From the NCBI GenBank assembly GCA_037445065.1, contig JBBILD010000004.1:128001-192000 (forward strand): a stretch of DNA of 64,000 bases, given 5' to 3'. The DNA comes from Myxococcales bacterium. GTDB taxonomy: Bacteria > Desulfobacterota > Binatia > HRBIN30. Under the pieces are notes generated by a model. That model saw only the letters and a program-made list of their open reading frames with translations, was not told the origin of the DNA and ran no database searches. Position 1 is the stretch's first letter. The number at the start of each line of letters is the position of its first letter. This document shows positions 38,753-48,206 of this stretch, piece after piece. The translations under genes and the position numbers were made by a program.

Positions 38753-40129
38753 CTATCGGGGCGGCTTGCGGCCGAAGCGGCGCAACTTTTGGTATAGCGT
38801 GCTGCGCGGGATCCCCAGAACCTCTGCTGCCCGCTGTACGTGTCCCCCCACTGCCTCCAGCACCTGTTCGATGTATTCGCGTTCGACTTGAGCCAATGGC
38901 TTGAAGGAAGCTGTGGGGAGGGACGCTAGCCTACTGGTTGCTTCCGGGGTAGGGGATGCGCCCCCCGGTGCATGACCGAGGAGCAGGTCCTCCGCATGCA
39001 AAACCCGAGAGCGGCTCAGGAGCACGGCGCGTTCGAGCACGTTCCGCAGTTCGCGGATGTTCCCTGGCCAGTCGTGTTGCACGAGCCTGGCAACCGCATC
39101 GGGGGCGAGTTCGCGGTGGTGCGCAGAACTCGTTGCCAACGAGGCGAGCACCGCTTGCGCCAGGTCCGGAATGTCCTCGCGGCGCTCGCGCAACGGCGGG
39201 AGCTCGAGGGGTAGAGCGGAAATGCGGTAATATAAGTCGGCGCGAAACCTGCCGTGCTCTACAGCACGGTTCAAATCGCGGTTCGTTGCGCTGATCAATC
39301 GTAACTCCACGGGGATGTCGGTCGTTCCACCCACGCGCCGCACGCGCCGCTCTTCGAGGACCTTGAGCAACTTGGCTTGAACATCCAAAGCGAGGTCGCC
39401 GATCTCGTCCAAGAACAGGGTCCCCCCATGCGCGAGCTCCACCATCCCGAGCTTGCGTTCCAGGGCCCCTGTGAACGCTCCTTTTTCATGTCCGAACAAT
39501 TCCGATTGCAGGAGGTCCCCGCCGAGACTGGCGCAGTTTAAGTCCACAAAGGGGTGGGCGGCGCGCAAGCTGTGCTCGTGCAGCCAGCGGGCCAGCACTC
39601 CTTTGCCGGTGCCGGTCTCCCCTAGTATCAACACCGTTACGTCGCTGGCTGCGACGCGGTGCGCCGTCTCTTCGAGCTGGCGAATTCGGCGGCTCTTCCC
39701 CACGAACGGGTTGCGAAGGCGGCGTTGCGATTGATCCCGCTCGAGTCTCTCGTGCAATTCGGCGCGGTGGGCGCTGGCCAGCCGTTCCACCATCGTGGCC
39801 AGGGCGGGGAGGTCCACCGGCTTGGTCAGGAATTGGCTCGCCCCCGCTTGAATTGCCTGCACGGCAAGGTCGATGGACGCGAAGCCCGTGAGGACAATGG
39901 TGGGCAGGATCTTTCCCGCGTCTCTCAGCCGGGCGAGCAAATCCAGTGCTGTGGCGTCGGGGAGTCGGTGATCCAAGATCATCACGTCGGGTGTCGCCTC
40001 CCCCAAGCGAGCCCACATTTCGCGGCCGTCGCTCGCTTCGACGACGCGCCAGCCTTGCTCGGCCAGAAAGTTGCGTACGCCGAAGCGGATGGCAGCGTCA
40101 TCGTCAACGATCAGCACCAGGCCTTTCAT
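38753..40129 (-). CDS. Sigma54-dependent NtrC/AtoC-family response regulator (REC-AAA+-Fis HTH)
   Basis: REC motifs VDDD, ILD, LTG and KP; Walker A GETGTGK, GAFTGA, Walker B LFLDEI, WPGNIREL; HTH AAEVLGIPRSTLY. Confidence 0.96.
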   Translation of the reverse strand: MKGLVLIVDDDAAIRFGVRNFLAEQGWRVVEASDGREMWARLGEATPDVMILDHRLPDATALDLLARLRDAGKILPTIVLTGFASIDLAVQAIQAGASQFLTKPVDLPALATMVERLASAHRAELHERLERDQSQRRLRNPFVGKSRRIRQLEETAHRVAASDVTVLILGETGTGKGVLARWLHEHSLRAAHPFVDLNCASLGGDLLQSELFGHEKGAFTGALERKLGMVELAHGGTLFLDEIGDLALDVQAKLLKVLEERRVRRVGGTTDIPVELRLISATNRDLNRAVEHGRFRADLYYRISALPLELPPLRERREDIPDLAQAVLASLATSSAHHRELAPDAVARLVQHDWPGNIRELRNVLERAVLLSRSRVLHAEDLLLGHAPGGASPTPEATSRLASLPTASFKPLAQVEREYIEQVLEAVGGHVQRAAEVLGIPRSTLYQKLRRFGRKPPR

Positions 40130-41252
40130 CCGGTTCGAGTTCTCCTGCCCCGGGCAGCCAAATTTCGACCACTGCCCCGCCTTCCTGTCGGTTCGCTGCC
40201 TGGAGCTGGCCGCCGTGCTCGCTGACGACTCGCGCCACCATCGCCAAGCCCAAGCCGGTGCCGCCAGGACGGCGGGAATAGAACGGTTCGAAGGCGTGCT
40301 CGAGAACGGCCGCGTCGAACCCAGGCCCGCGGTCTGCGATGCGCAGGAGTACCCCGCGTTTGCCCGTTCTGCTCTCGGGGTGAGCCTCTAAGGACACCAC
40401 CGAGCCTTGCGGCGCGTAGGCGATTGCATTCTCGAGCACGTTCGTGATCGCCTGGACCATCTGCTCGGCGTCGGCTGTGATCGCCGACAGTCCGGGACTG
40501 CAGGTAAGCTCCATGCGGACGGCTTTTTCCCGTGCGCGGGCCTGGCAGTGTTGTATGGCCGTTGCGAGCAAGGTTTTTACGTCCTGGAGTTCGCGCCGGC
40601 TTTCTGCTCCGGCGCGCGCGTATGCCAGAAGCTGTCCGACCACTCGGTTCAAGCGGGCCGCTTCTTGGCGCATTACCTCGAAAAATTCTGCGGGTGCGGC
40701 CGCACCGAGCCGGGCCTCGAGCGCATCCAGAGTCGAGGTGAGGCCGAACAGCGGGTTGCGAAGGTTGTGCGCTACACCGGCCACCAGCTTGCCCAGCAAA
40801 ACCCAAGGCTCTTGTGCCGCCATTGCAGCTTCGGCACTGGCCCGTGCTTCGCGTTCCCGCGCTAAGCGCGATTCGAGTTCCCAGGCCTGGTGCGGGTCCC
40901 ATACCAAGTTGAGCCACCGCGGCGGGCGCGCGGACAGCGCGCGGGAACACAGCACGCATTGCTTGCCAGCATGCGGCCCGCGCAAAATGCACAAGCGGCC
41001 TGTGTACTCGGCCCCCCTTTGATTCGGTTCGGGGCGTGGCGGGTCCAATCGCGCCAAGGAATCCAAGTGCACGGGCGGCACTTTGCGCGTCGAGCGAATC
41101 GCAAAGAGTTCGTTTGCCTCCCGGTTCGCGGCCACCACCGAGCCTCGCTCGTCAATCCAAGCCGGAAGCGGAATCGCCCTCACTTCCACCGTTTTCGAAG
41201 CGCTTGCCCCTTTGCGAACCGACACCAACGCCTCCGCGTGCTCGCGTGACAC
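40104..41252 (-). CDS. Cytoplasmic sensor histidine kinase (NtrB-like) with a PAS-like N-terminus
   Basis: H-box GVAHNLRNPL, NVLENA, DRGPG, FEPFYS and GTGLGL; overlaps the downstream regulator. Confidence 0.9.
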   Translation of the reverse strand: MSREHAEALVSVRKGASASKTVEVRAIPLPAWIDERGSVVAANREANELFAIRSTRKVPPVHLDSLARLDPPRPEPNQRGAEYTGRLCILRGPHAGKQCVLCSRALSARPPRWLNLVWDPHQAWELESRLAREREARASAEAAMAAQEPWVLLGKLVAGVAHNLRNPLFGLTSTLDALEARLGAAAPAEFFEVMRQEAARLNRVVGQLLAYARAGAESRRELQDVKTLLATAIQHCQARAREKAVRMELTCSPGLSAITADAEQMVQAITNVLENAIAYAPQGSVVSLEAHPESRTGKRGVLLRIADRGPGFDAAVLEHAFEPFYSRRPGGTGLGLAMVARVVSEHGGQLQAANRQEGGAVVEIWLPGAGELEPDERPGADR

Positions 41253-41448
41253 CCCTTTTCAACCCCGCCCGACCTTCCAGAAGCCTGCCACGGTCCGTGG
41301 GCCTTTTCAAAAGGAAAATGGTTCGCACGCGGACCCGAGGTACAAGTTCTGCGCAGTTGCTTTGCTCTCACCGCGCGTGATAGCGCGCACGGTTTAGAAG
41401 AGTTCGCTTCGGGGGAAGAGCAGCCGGTACGAAAGGGGGACGCGGCTT

Positions 41449-43404
41449 GTGTTGAATGGGCAAAGTTTCGCGGCCCTTGGGCCGATCTTCTGGATCGCCC
41501 TTGGGATCCTGGCGGCTTATACGGTAGCGCTTTGCGGTCTCCTTTGCCGAGAATCGCGCCGCACTTGGGTTGGTTTGCTCGTTTTGGTGGGGCTGGTCTC
41601 GGTGAGCCGCCTGGTTTGGTACGAATCGTACCCGCCCGGTTCGCACGAAGACGAGCCGAAGCTGGCGATCTGCTCCTACCAGCAATGGAAGGGAGGAGTC
41701 TGGCGCCCGAAGGGATGCACGGGGTTGCCTGCGCTGCTCTGGGTTGCTTTCCGAGCGCCTCTGCTCGAGTGGTTCGGCCCCAACCTCTGGGCTTTGCGGG
41801 CCTACAGTATCGTCACTGGGGTGGCGGCGCTTCCCGTCGCCTTCGCACTGGCTCGGCGCGTGGGATTCGGGGTTGATGGCGGCTTTGCCTTTGCCAGCCT
41901 CATTGGCTTTCTCCCCAGGAGCCTATTTTACGGCCGGGTGAATTTTGGTGGCGAACTGATCTTCCACCAAATGCTGTTGCTGTGTGGCTTGGCGGCGCTG
42001 GTGTTCCGCCGCGGATCTTTGCCCTTTGGCCTGTTCCTGGGTGCTCTCGGACAGACGCTGTTGCTCTACGATTACTTTGTCGGTCGTTTCTTCGCTCCGT
42101 TTGCTCTGGTCAGCGCCGTGCTCGCTACCGGCTGGGCGCGGGTTTTCTGCCTCCTCGTCCCCCTGTTGTCCTTGGTGGGCTGGACCCCGTTTCTCACTGC
42201 CAGGCCCGTTTACGTGTTGGGCCCGCTGGGTGTGGCGGCGTCGCCGCTGGACGTGCTGTTGTAGCTGCCGCAGCGACTTTGGTCAGTCCTGAAAGTGTTT
42301 CTCGTTCCTATTTGTACCGAAGCGACCGCCATCAGCCTGCGGGCTGCCGCGGTCCATCCAGAACTCGTACTCGCACTGGCGTTGCTCGGTGTTGCGCTCG
42401 GCTACCGGCGCGAGCGAAAACTGGCGGCGTTCCTGTTGGGCGGCTTCCTCGTGGGGATCCTTCCCGGTTTGGTGACCGCGCATCAGGGTGTGAGTAGCCA
42501 TCGCATCCTGATTTCTTACCCATTTGTTGCGTTGGCGGCGGTTAGCGCTTTGCAATCACTTACGGTTCCCGCTGCCCGCCGTTTGGCACTCTTGGTCCTT
42601 GGCGTGGTGGCGAGTGGGCAAAGTGTGCGTTTCTTCTTTTCCCCGCGTTTCTGGTACGACTCTTCTCGGGGCCACTACGGCTGGGAGATGACGGCCGCAA
42701 TGAATGCGATTCCCTATCCGGTTCCCGGCAAGGCGTTTTTAGCGAGACAGTTGTCTTATTGGGGTGGCTTTCGGATTGTCTTTGACCCCAACGTTCACTT
42801 CCTCTCAATGGCCGACTGGATCCCGCAGCCGAACGGGCTTACGTTTTACGCGTTCTGCGCGCACTCGGAAACGGCGAAAGAGTTCTACAAGGAGTGGGTG
42901 GGTCGGGAAAGAGTGCGAGAGGCGGGGCGAGCGTTCACCGTGCAGATGGAGCCGGGCGACTTGGTTGCCGTGGCAGGCCGCGGTTGGTCCTTCAGCGCAA
43001 GTTGCGGCAGCGAGGCGGTCTTCTTCGAAGTGCCGCATGTCTTCCAGCCGCAAGCCGAGTTGCCATTTCGCCACTGCATGTCCGAGCACGTGCAGCTTTG
43101 GCGGGGGAAGTGGCGCGGGCCGAGGGCCTCACTGCGGGTGAACGTGGTTGATTTCCTCGCTTGGGTTCGCGTCGGAGAAAAAGTCTTGGCGCAGCTGAGG
43201 CCCGGGCTTTCTGGCATCTCGTTCGAGGTCGAGCCCGGTGATGTGGTGGAGGTGGGTATTCGCCACCCGCCGGCGGCGGTGTGGCTCACCCTGCAGCAAG
43301 TGCAGGGCAGCACGGTTCGCCTTGCCCCATTTGCACCAGTGGAGCCGGCACTGCGCTGCGAAGATCCGTGGCTCGCGGTGCCCGTGCGATCGGGTTGGGA
43401 ATAA
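41449..43404 (+). pseudogene. GT-C/ArnT/PMT-like polytopic membrane glycosyltransferase-like gene interrupted by one in-frame TAG (42262-42264)
   Basis: ORFs 41449-42264 and 42295-43404 share a frame and are separated only by the TAG plus 10 sense codons. The N-half has PPGSHEDE in the first loop, ALRAYS and many TMs; the C-half has more TMs and a soluble domain. Family call is from motif pattern only. Confidence 0.6.
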
Positions 43405-43461
43405 GCGCGTGCGGGCGAGTCGGCACGCTCGGAACACCGGTGCTGGAACGCTCGCAGCGGT

Positions 43462-44523
43462 TCATCCGTTCGGAGTCTTGCGCTCGCAGACGAGCACCTT
43501 GGCATCGAAAATGGCACCCACCACGATCGTTTGTCCGAGTACCGCAGCCGTTGAGGCGGCGGAGATCAGCTTGCCGTCGTCCAGGAGAATTTCCTCGACG
43601 CTACCGCTGTGTGGGTCAATGCGCAGCACTTGTGAGGGAGCGAGTTTTTCCGGGTCGGCGGAGTGAGCGACCAGGTCGAACAGTTTTGGGTGCGCAGCCA
43701 CCCACAGGCGGCCGTCGCTGTCCACCTCGATGTTGTCGGGACAGGACTGCAGCGGAATCGTGCGCTGCAAGGCGAGCTCCCCGTTGCTCGGGTTGCGCTG
43801 ATACACGTGAATGGAGCGTCCCAAGCACTCGGCCACGAAAATCGTTTTGCCATCGGCGCTGACGTTGATGCCGTTGGCGAACGAGAGGCCGCTGGCCGCG
43901 ACGCGGCTACGGCCCGCCGCAAAGTGCGACACGTTCGACCAAGGCAGTTGGAGGTACGCTTCGAGGGTTTGCTGCCAGCCAGGTTCCACGTAGTAGCGGT
44001 CATTCGTTGCGTAGAACTCTCGCGGACCAACGGCCACCAAATCATTTGGCGAGGTGAGTTCTGGGTATTGGATGGATTCGAGGTGCTGGAGTTCAGCGCC
44101 CTCGGCCGCGAACACTTCGACCCGGTGCGAGCGGTGAGACAAGTGGTTGATGGCGAAAAGACGCCGCTCTCCGTCGGCGCTGCGCCACAGCGAAATCCCG
44201 TGCGGGTGGAATTCCTTCGGTTCGTTCGGAGTCACCAACACAGGCTGGGCGCCCGCGGTGCGAAGATCTAGCGAGTAGATGCCGCCCCGCTGCGGGCGGC
44301 CAGCGAGGGTGGCGCGGCGGTCATCAGCGGACAAATACGCAATGCCTTTGTCGGGATCGATCGTGACGTCCTCGGCGCCTACCACTCCTCCGACCACGCG
44401 GCAGGAACCTGCGAAGTGGGGTCGGACTTCGAACAGCATTCCCGAGCGGGTCACGATCCGGTAGGCCAACCAGGCAGCACCCAGCACAAAGACCAGCGCC
44501 ACTACGAGCAGAGCTTTTCGCAT
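43462..44523 (-). CDS. Paraoxonase/arylesterase-like six-bladed beta-propeller (SMP-30/gluconolactonase superfamily), N-terminally anchored
   Basis: N-terminal hydrophobic anchor; motifs GAED, FHPHGIS, AINH, SPNDLVAVG..FYATND, ANGIN and PDNI; start ATG 44523. Confidence 0.85.
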   Translation of the reverse strand: MRKALLVVALVFVLGAAWLAYRIVTRSGMLFEVRPHFAGSCRVVGGVVGAEDVTIDPDKGIAYLSADDRRATLAGRPQRGGIYSLDLRTAGAQPVLVTPNEPKEFHPHGISLWRSADGERRLFAINHLSHRSHRVEVFAAEGAELQHLESIQYPELTSPNDLVAVGPREFYATNDRYYVEPGWQQTLEAYLQLPWSNVSHFAAGRSRVAASGLSFANGINVSADGKTIFVAECLGRSIHVYQRNPSNGELALQRTIPLQSCPDNIEVDSDGRLWVAAHPKLFDLVAHSADPEKLAPSQVLRIDPHSGSVEEILLDDGKLISAASTAAVLGQTIVVGAIFDAKVLVCERKTPNG

Positions 44524-44677
44524 TTCGGTAACCGTCCTTGTCCGCGCTTCCTGCGCGCCGGGAAAACGCCGCGCCACGGCACCTGCTGGCTATGCCGCAA
44601 GTCGCGCCCTGTTTTCCAGACGGAGCCGAAGTTTTTTCCGTGCGGGAAAGACCTTGCGAGCGTTCAGCCGCGTTAAA

Positions 44678-45511
44678 TCAAGCAGTACTGGCACTGGCAG
44701 AGGCAGACACACCCGCGGGCTGCAGAGCCGCCGGGCGTGCCCCTGTGAGGCGCCGCCCAAAGTGGAGCCGGGCCTGAAAGGCGGGCAAGACCTGCACGAG
44801 AAACGGCGTGGCGCCATTCAGGCCGAGAGCGGCGAGATCGCGTGCCATGCGGTGCGTGTCCGTCCCCACCTGCAATCGCAGTTGCGGGCCCCGTACGAAA
44901 CGGGCGAGGCCGAGATAGTCCACCCGGGTGGCAATGAGTTCCTGGTTGAGGCGGCTATACAGGAGGATGGCGCGCAGCGGCAGACTTCTGCCTCGTCCGA
45001 GTTCGCCTTCGAGGGTGCACAAAGGCGCTGAGGAGCCGGGTGCGAGCACTGCGGCGCGGATGTGCCCCTCCTGCCAGTCGATCGGAATGTCGGTCACGAA
45101 TTTCGGCAACCCCCAGATCTCGCGCCCTGCCGCATTGGCGATGGATGTGGTTACGGGCAGGTGAAGGATGTACATGCCGACCCGTCGCCAGCGCAGGGGC
45201 AGAGCCATGTCGAGTGCAGGCCGGGCGGGCACGCCGAGCGCCTTCGGGGCAACGAAAGTGGCCACCGCGGCTTCGTGGTAGGGGCCGATGCTGGTTTCCT
45301 CGTATGCGAAGAACGCGACCGCCACCGCCGGTTTTCCCCCGGCTAGCGGTACAAGCTCGAGTTCAGGATCATGCAGCAACGCCTCGAGTGGTTGGCGCTC
45401 CGCTGCGAAGAGAGCCATCACCGCCCTGGCTTTCCGGTAGAGGATGGGCACGCCGACGTTTCCTGCCGATGTCGCTACCAGTGCCTGGGGAACATCTAAG
45501 AATCGCAACAT
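44678..45511 (-). CDS. Acetoacetate decarboxylase (ADC)-family protein
   Basis: Motifs IGPYHE, LPVTT and GREIWGLPK (Schiff-base Lys region); start ATG 45511 after GAGGAG. The long upstream extension in the ORF track overlaps the ACAD gene. Confidence 0.8.
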   Translation of the reverse strand: MLRFLDVPQALVATSAGNVGVPILYRKARAVMALFAAERQPLEALLHDPELELVPLAGGKPAVAVAFFAYEETSIGPYHEAAVATFVAPKALGVPARPALDMALPLRWRRVGMYILHLPVTTSIANAAGREIWGLPKFVTDIPIDWQEGHIRAAVLAPGSSAPLCTLEGELGRGRSLPLRAILLYSRLNQELIATRVDYLGLARFVRGPQLRLQVGTDTHRMARDLAALGLNGATPFLVQVLPAFQARLHFGRRLTGARPAALQPAGVSASASASTA

Positions 45512-45546
45512 GTCTGGACCCTCCTCGGAAACAACCAATGCAGCCC

Positions 45547-46830
45547 TCAAACAAACTGCGGCCACGAGAGGGGCCGCCCCTGCACGGTACGTTCGAAGAC
45601 AGCGAAGCGATTGATCTCGTTGGTACCTTCGTAAATCTGGGTTAGGCGGATATCGCGGTAGAGTCGCTCCACCTCGCTGGCACTCGCTGCTTCTACCCCG
45701 ACGAGGTCGAGTGCCCGGCTTGCAATGTACATGGCCGTGTCGGTGGCGACGAATTTCGCCATGGCGGAGAGGTCCGGGAGCGGCGGAAAGCGCTCGGCGG
45801 CGCGGCGGGTGAGAGCATGGGCAGCTGCGTACCTGCCGATCAGCTCGGCTACTTCGTGGGCGACGTCGCGCTGGCCGAGGTCGCCACGGCGGTGCAAGTG
45901 TTCGAGCACGTGGTCCAGCACCCGCCGCGCTCCGCCGAGTGCCAGAGCGCCGACGAGCGGGCGAGAGGTGTCCAGGGTGAGCCGGTTGAGCCGCCAGCCA
46001 TTGCACTCGGCCCCCACCCGGTGGGTTTCGGGGACGAAAACGTCGTCGAAGAGAATTTCCGCGGTTGGACTCACTCGCTGCCCCATTTTGTCTTCCACGT
46101 GCGAGATTTCGACGCCGGGCGAATCCCGGCGAACCGCAAAGCAGGTCCAGGCTTGCGTGCCGCGTTGCGGGTCCAGGGTGGCAAAGACGGTGATCAACTG
46201 CGCCAGGTTGCCTCCGGAGATGAAGCACTTGCGACCACTCAAGCGATAGCCGCCGGCTACTTTGCGCGCGGTTGTGCGCAGCCGTGCCGTGCGCGCCCCG
46301 ACCTCGTCTTCGACGTCCGAACCAGCCTCGGGCTCGGTGATTGCAAAGGCACAGATGGCCACTTCTCCTTGCCGAGAACGGGCGCACAACGGGGCCAACA
46401 GCCGCCGTGCCTGTGCCAGGTCAAAGGACAGGAGGATCGGCATTGCGCCGAGATAGTGGGCGCCGATCAGGGTGGCCAGCCCAGGCGATGTTTCTGCCAG
46501 AGCTTCGATGACTTCCAGCATGGGCAAATGACCGAAACGCTGCGTGTCACGCAGCCACCCGTCGCCTCCCGCCCAGCGCGGAATGAACTGGGTGAGCAGC
46601 CCCCGCTTGCCGGCTCGCGCCAGGATTTCCTTGGCAAAGGGTGTGGATTCTTCGTGGCTCCGATCTGCATGCTCAACCAGCGGAGCGACCTCGCGGGCGA
46701 AGGCACGCGCGTCTTCGACCATTGTTTTGAGCCGTCTGGGCAGCGCCGCCCGCTGGTGAAGTGCGCGTTCCGGCTCTAGCCGATTGAGCATCCACTGTCC
46801 GAGTGCTGCCGACCACTGCGTTACGGCCAT
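45547..46830 (-). CDS. Acyl-CoA dehydrogenase
   Basis: Motifs FAITEPEAGSD, GRKCFIS, KMGQR and RLYRD.RLTQIYEGTNEI; start ATG 46830. Confidence 0.92.
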   Translation of the reverse strand: MAVTQWSAALGQWMLNRLEPERALHQRAALPRRLKTMVEDARAFAREVAPLVEHADRSHEESTPFAKEILARAGKRGLLTQFIPRWAGGDGWLRDTQRFGHLPMLEVIEALAETSPGLATLIGAHYLGAMPILLSFDLAQARRLLAPLCARSRQGEVAICAFAITEPEAGSDVEDEVGARTARLRTTARKVAGGYRLSGRKCFISGGNLAQLITVFATLDPQRGTQAWTCFAVRRDSPGVEISHVEDKMGQRVSPTAEILFDDVFVPETHRVGAECNGWRLNRLTLDTSRPLVGALALGGARRVLDHVLEHLHRRGDLGQRDVAHEVAELIGRYAAAHALTRRAAERFPPLPDLSAMAKFVATDTAMYIASRALDLVGVEAASASEVERLYRDIRLTQIYEGTNEINRFAVFERTVQGRPLSWPQFV

Positions 46831-47912
46831 GGCAAACGGTTCTCCCAGGCGCGGCGCAGCGCGCCTTGAATGAGCTGGCGGCTGTTGCCGATGAGGAGGC
46901 TGAGCAGCTTGGCATCGCGAAGTCGGTGTTCCAGTCCGTAGTCGCGCATGTAGCCGTAGCCGCCGAGCGCTTGTTGCGCCGCCCAACAGGCCTCTTCCCC
47001 GGAGCGTCCGCTGGTTACGGCGCACCAGAGGCGGAATTCCGGGCGGCGAATCGCCTCCTGGAAGAGTGCCTCGCTCGCTAGCAAGCGCGCGTACGGTTCG
47101 CCCAGCAAGCTTTGGATGGTAGGATGGCGGCTGAGCACGTCTCCCCCCTGGTAGCGAGTCATGGCGTACGCGGAGGCAGCGTGCAGAGCGGCGCGGGCGT
47201 TGGCGAGGGCAATGGCGCTGCGCCAGAGCCAGAGACACTCCTGCCAGCGGTCGAGTTCATCCTGTTCGACGTTGCGGAGCGGTTGCGAGGAGCTGGCCTC
47301 GACCGAAACGGATACGCAGGCGCAGCCGCGCAGGCCGAGTGTGCGCTCCACTTCTACGTCTGCCGGCGAGCGAGCGAGTGCAAGCTCGAGTTTGCCATCC
47401 CTCCAGGCGCTCGCGTACACCACCCAGCATCCCGGAACCCAGCCACGCACGACTGCCCGACACTCCCCGCTTTCAGTTCCCTCTTTTGGCGGGAGGGCGA
47501 GCCCCCAGCTCCAGCCGTCCGCAAGCGGTTCGCGGGGGAGCGGGGAGGAAGAGCCGCAGAAGGGCAGGCTGGCGAGCATGCGCGCCAACACCCATTCTGC
47601 CAAGCAGGCATCCACCGTGGCAATTTCTCGCAACAGCGCACTGGTAGCCCCCATCTCATTGCCAAGTCCTCCTTGTGGCTCCGGCAAAGCGAGCAAGTGA
47701 AAGCCCGCAGCGCGGATTTCCTCTTCGACCGCGGTCAAAACTTCCATGGTGACCGGCGGGCGGTCGAGCACATACCCCCAGCGGCTGGCGATGCGATGCG
47801 CGACTTCTGCGGCGGTCCGCAACATCGGCACGAGCCAACCTTCGTGCTCCAAGCGCGCAGTTGCGCGCGAACTCTGCCCGCCTTCCCAGTCCGCTGAGTG
47901 CGCTCCGGGCAT
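46821..47912 (-). CDS. Degenerate acyl-CoA dehydrogenase-like subunit (start uncertain: 47912 or 47825)
   Basis: Retains ALPEPQGGLG, TLGLRG, YAMTRYQGG and QQALGGYGYMRDYGLEHRLRDA, but lacks TEPxAGSD and YEGT. Confidence 0.78.
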   Translation of the reverse strand: MPGAHSADWEGGQSSRATARLEHEGWLVPMLRTAAEVAHRIASRWGYVLDRPPVTMEVLTAVEEEIRAAGFHLLALPEPQGGLGNEMGATSALLREIATVDACLAEWVLARMLASLPFCGSSSPLPREPLADGWSWGLALPPKEGTESGECRAVVRGWVPGCWVVYASAWRDGKLELALARSPADVEVERTLGLRGCACVSVSVEASSSQPLRNVEQDELDRWQECLWLWRSAIALANARAALHAASAYAMTRYQGGDVLSRHPTIQSLLGEPYARLLASEALFQEAIRRPEFRLWCAVTSGRSGEEACWAAQQALGGYGYMRDYGLEHRLRDAKLLSLLIGNSRQLIQGALRRAWENRLPWP

Positions 47913-48206
47913 TTCCTGGAGAAAAGCAGGCGTGGTTGTGGCCTGATGGCGCCGAGGAATTTCCATTCGCCGAAACGCGCATGCACCGTGCGTGCCTTGA
48001 CGCGGCGCGCCACCCATTCGAGGTTAGCTGTTCGTTGCTTCTCGCCGGTGCGCTCGTGCTCTGCAGCGCTTTGCACGGACGGGAAGCAAACGCAGCCCTA
48101 CTCGTTGCAGGTGGTTCGCCTCTCACCATAGCCGGCGCCGTTCTTCCCTATCTGGACTTACAAGGGCGACGGACATAAGCTCGGCTCCTCGAAAGGAGCG
48201 GAGCCG

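Noticed and set aside
42262..42264. Genome-wide TAG reassignment
   Set aside because: Several conserved genes in the window end at TAG at their expected C-termini.
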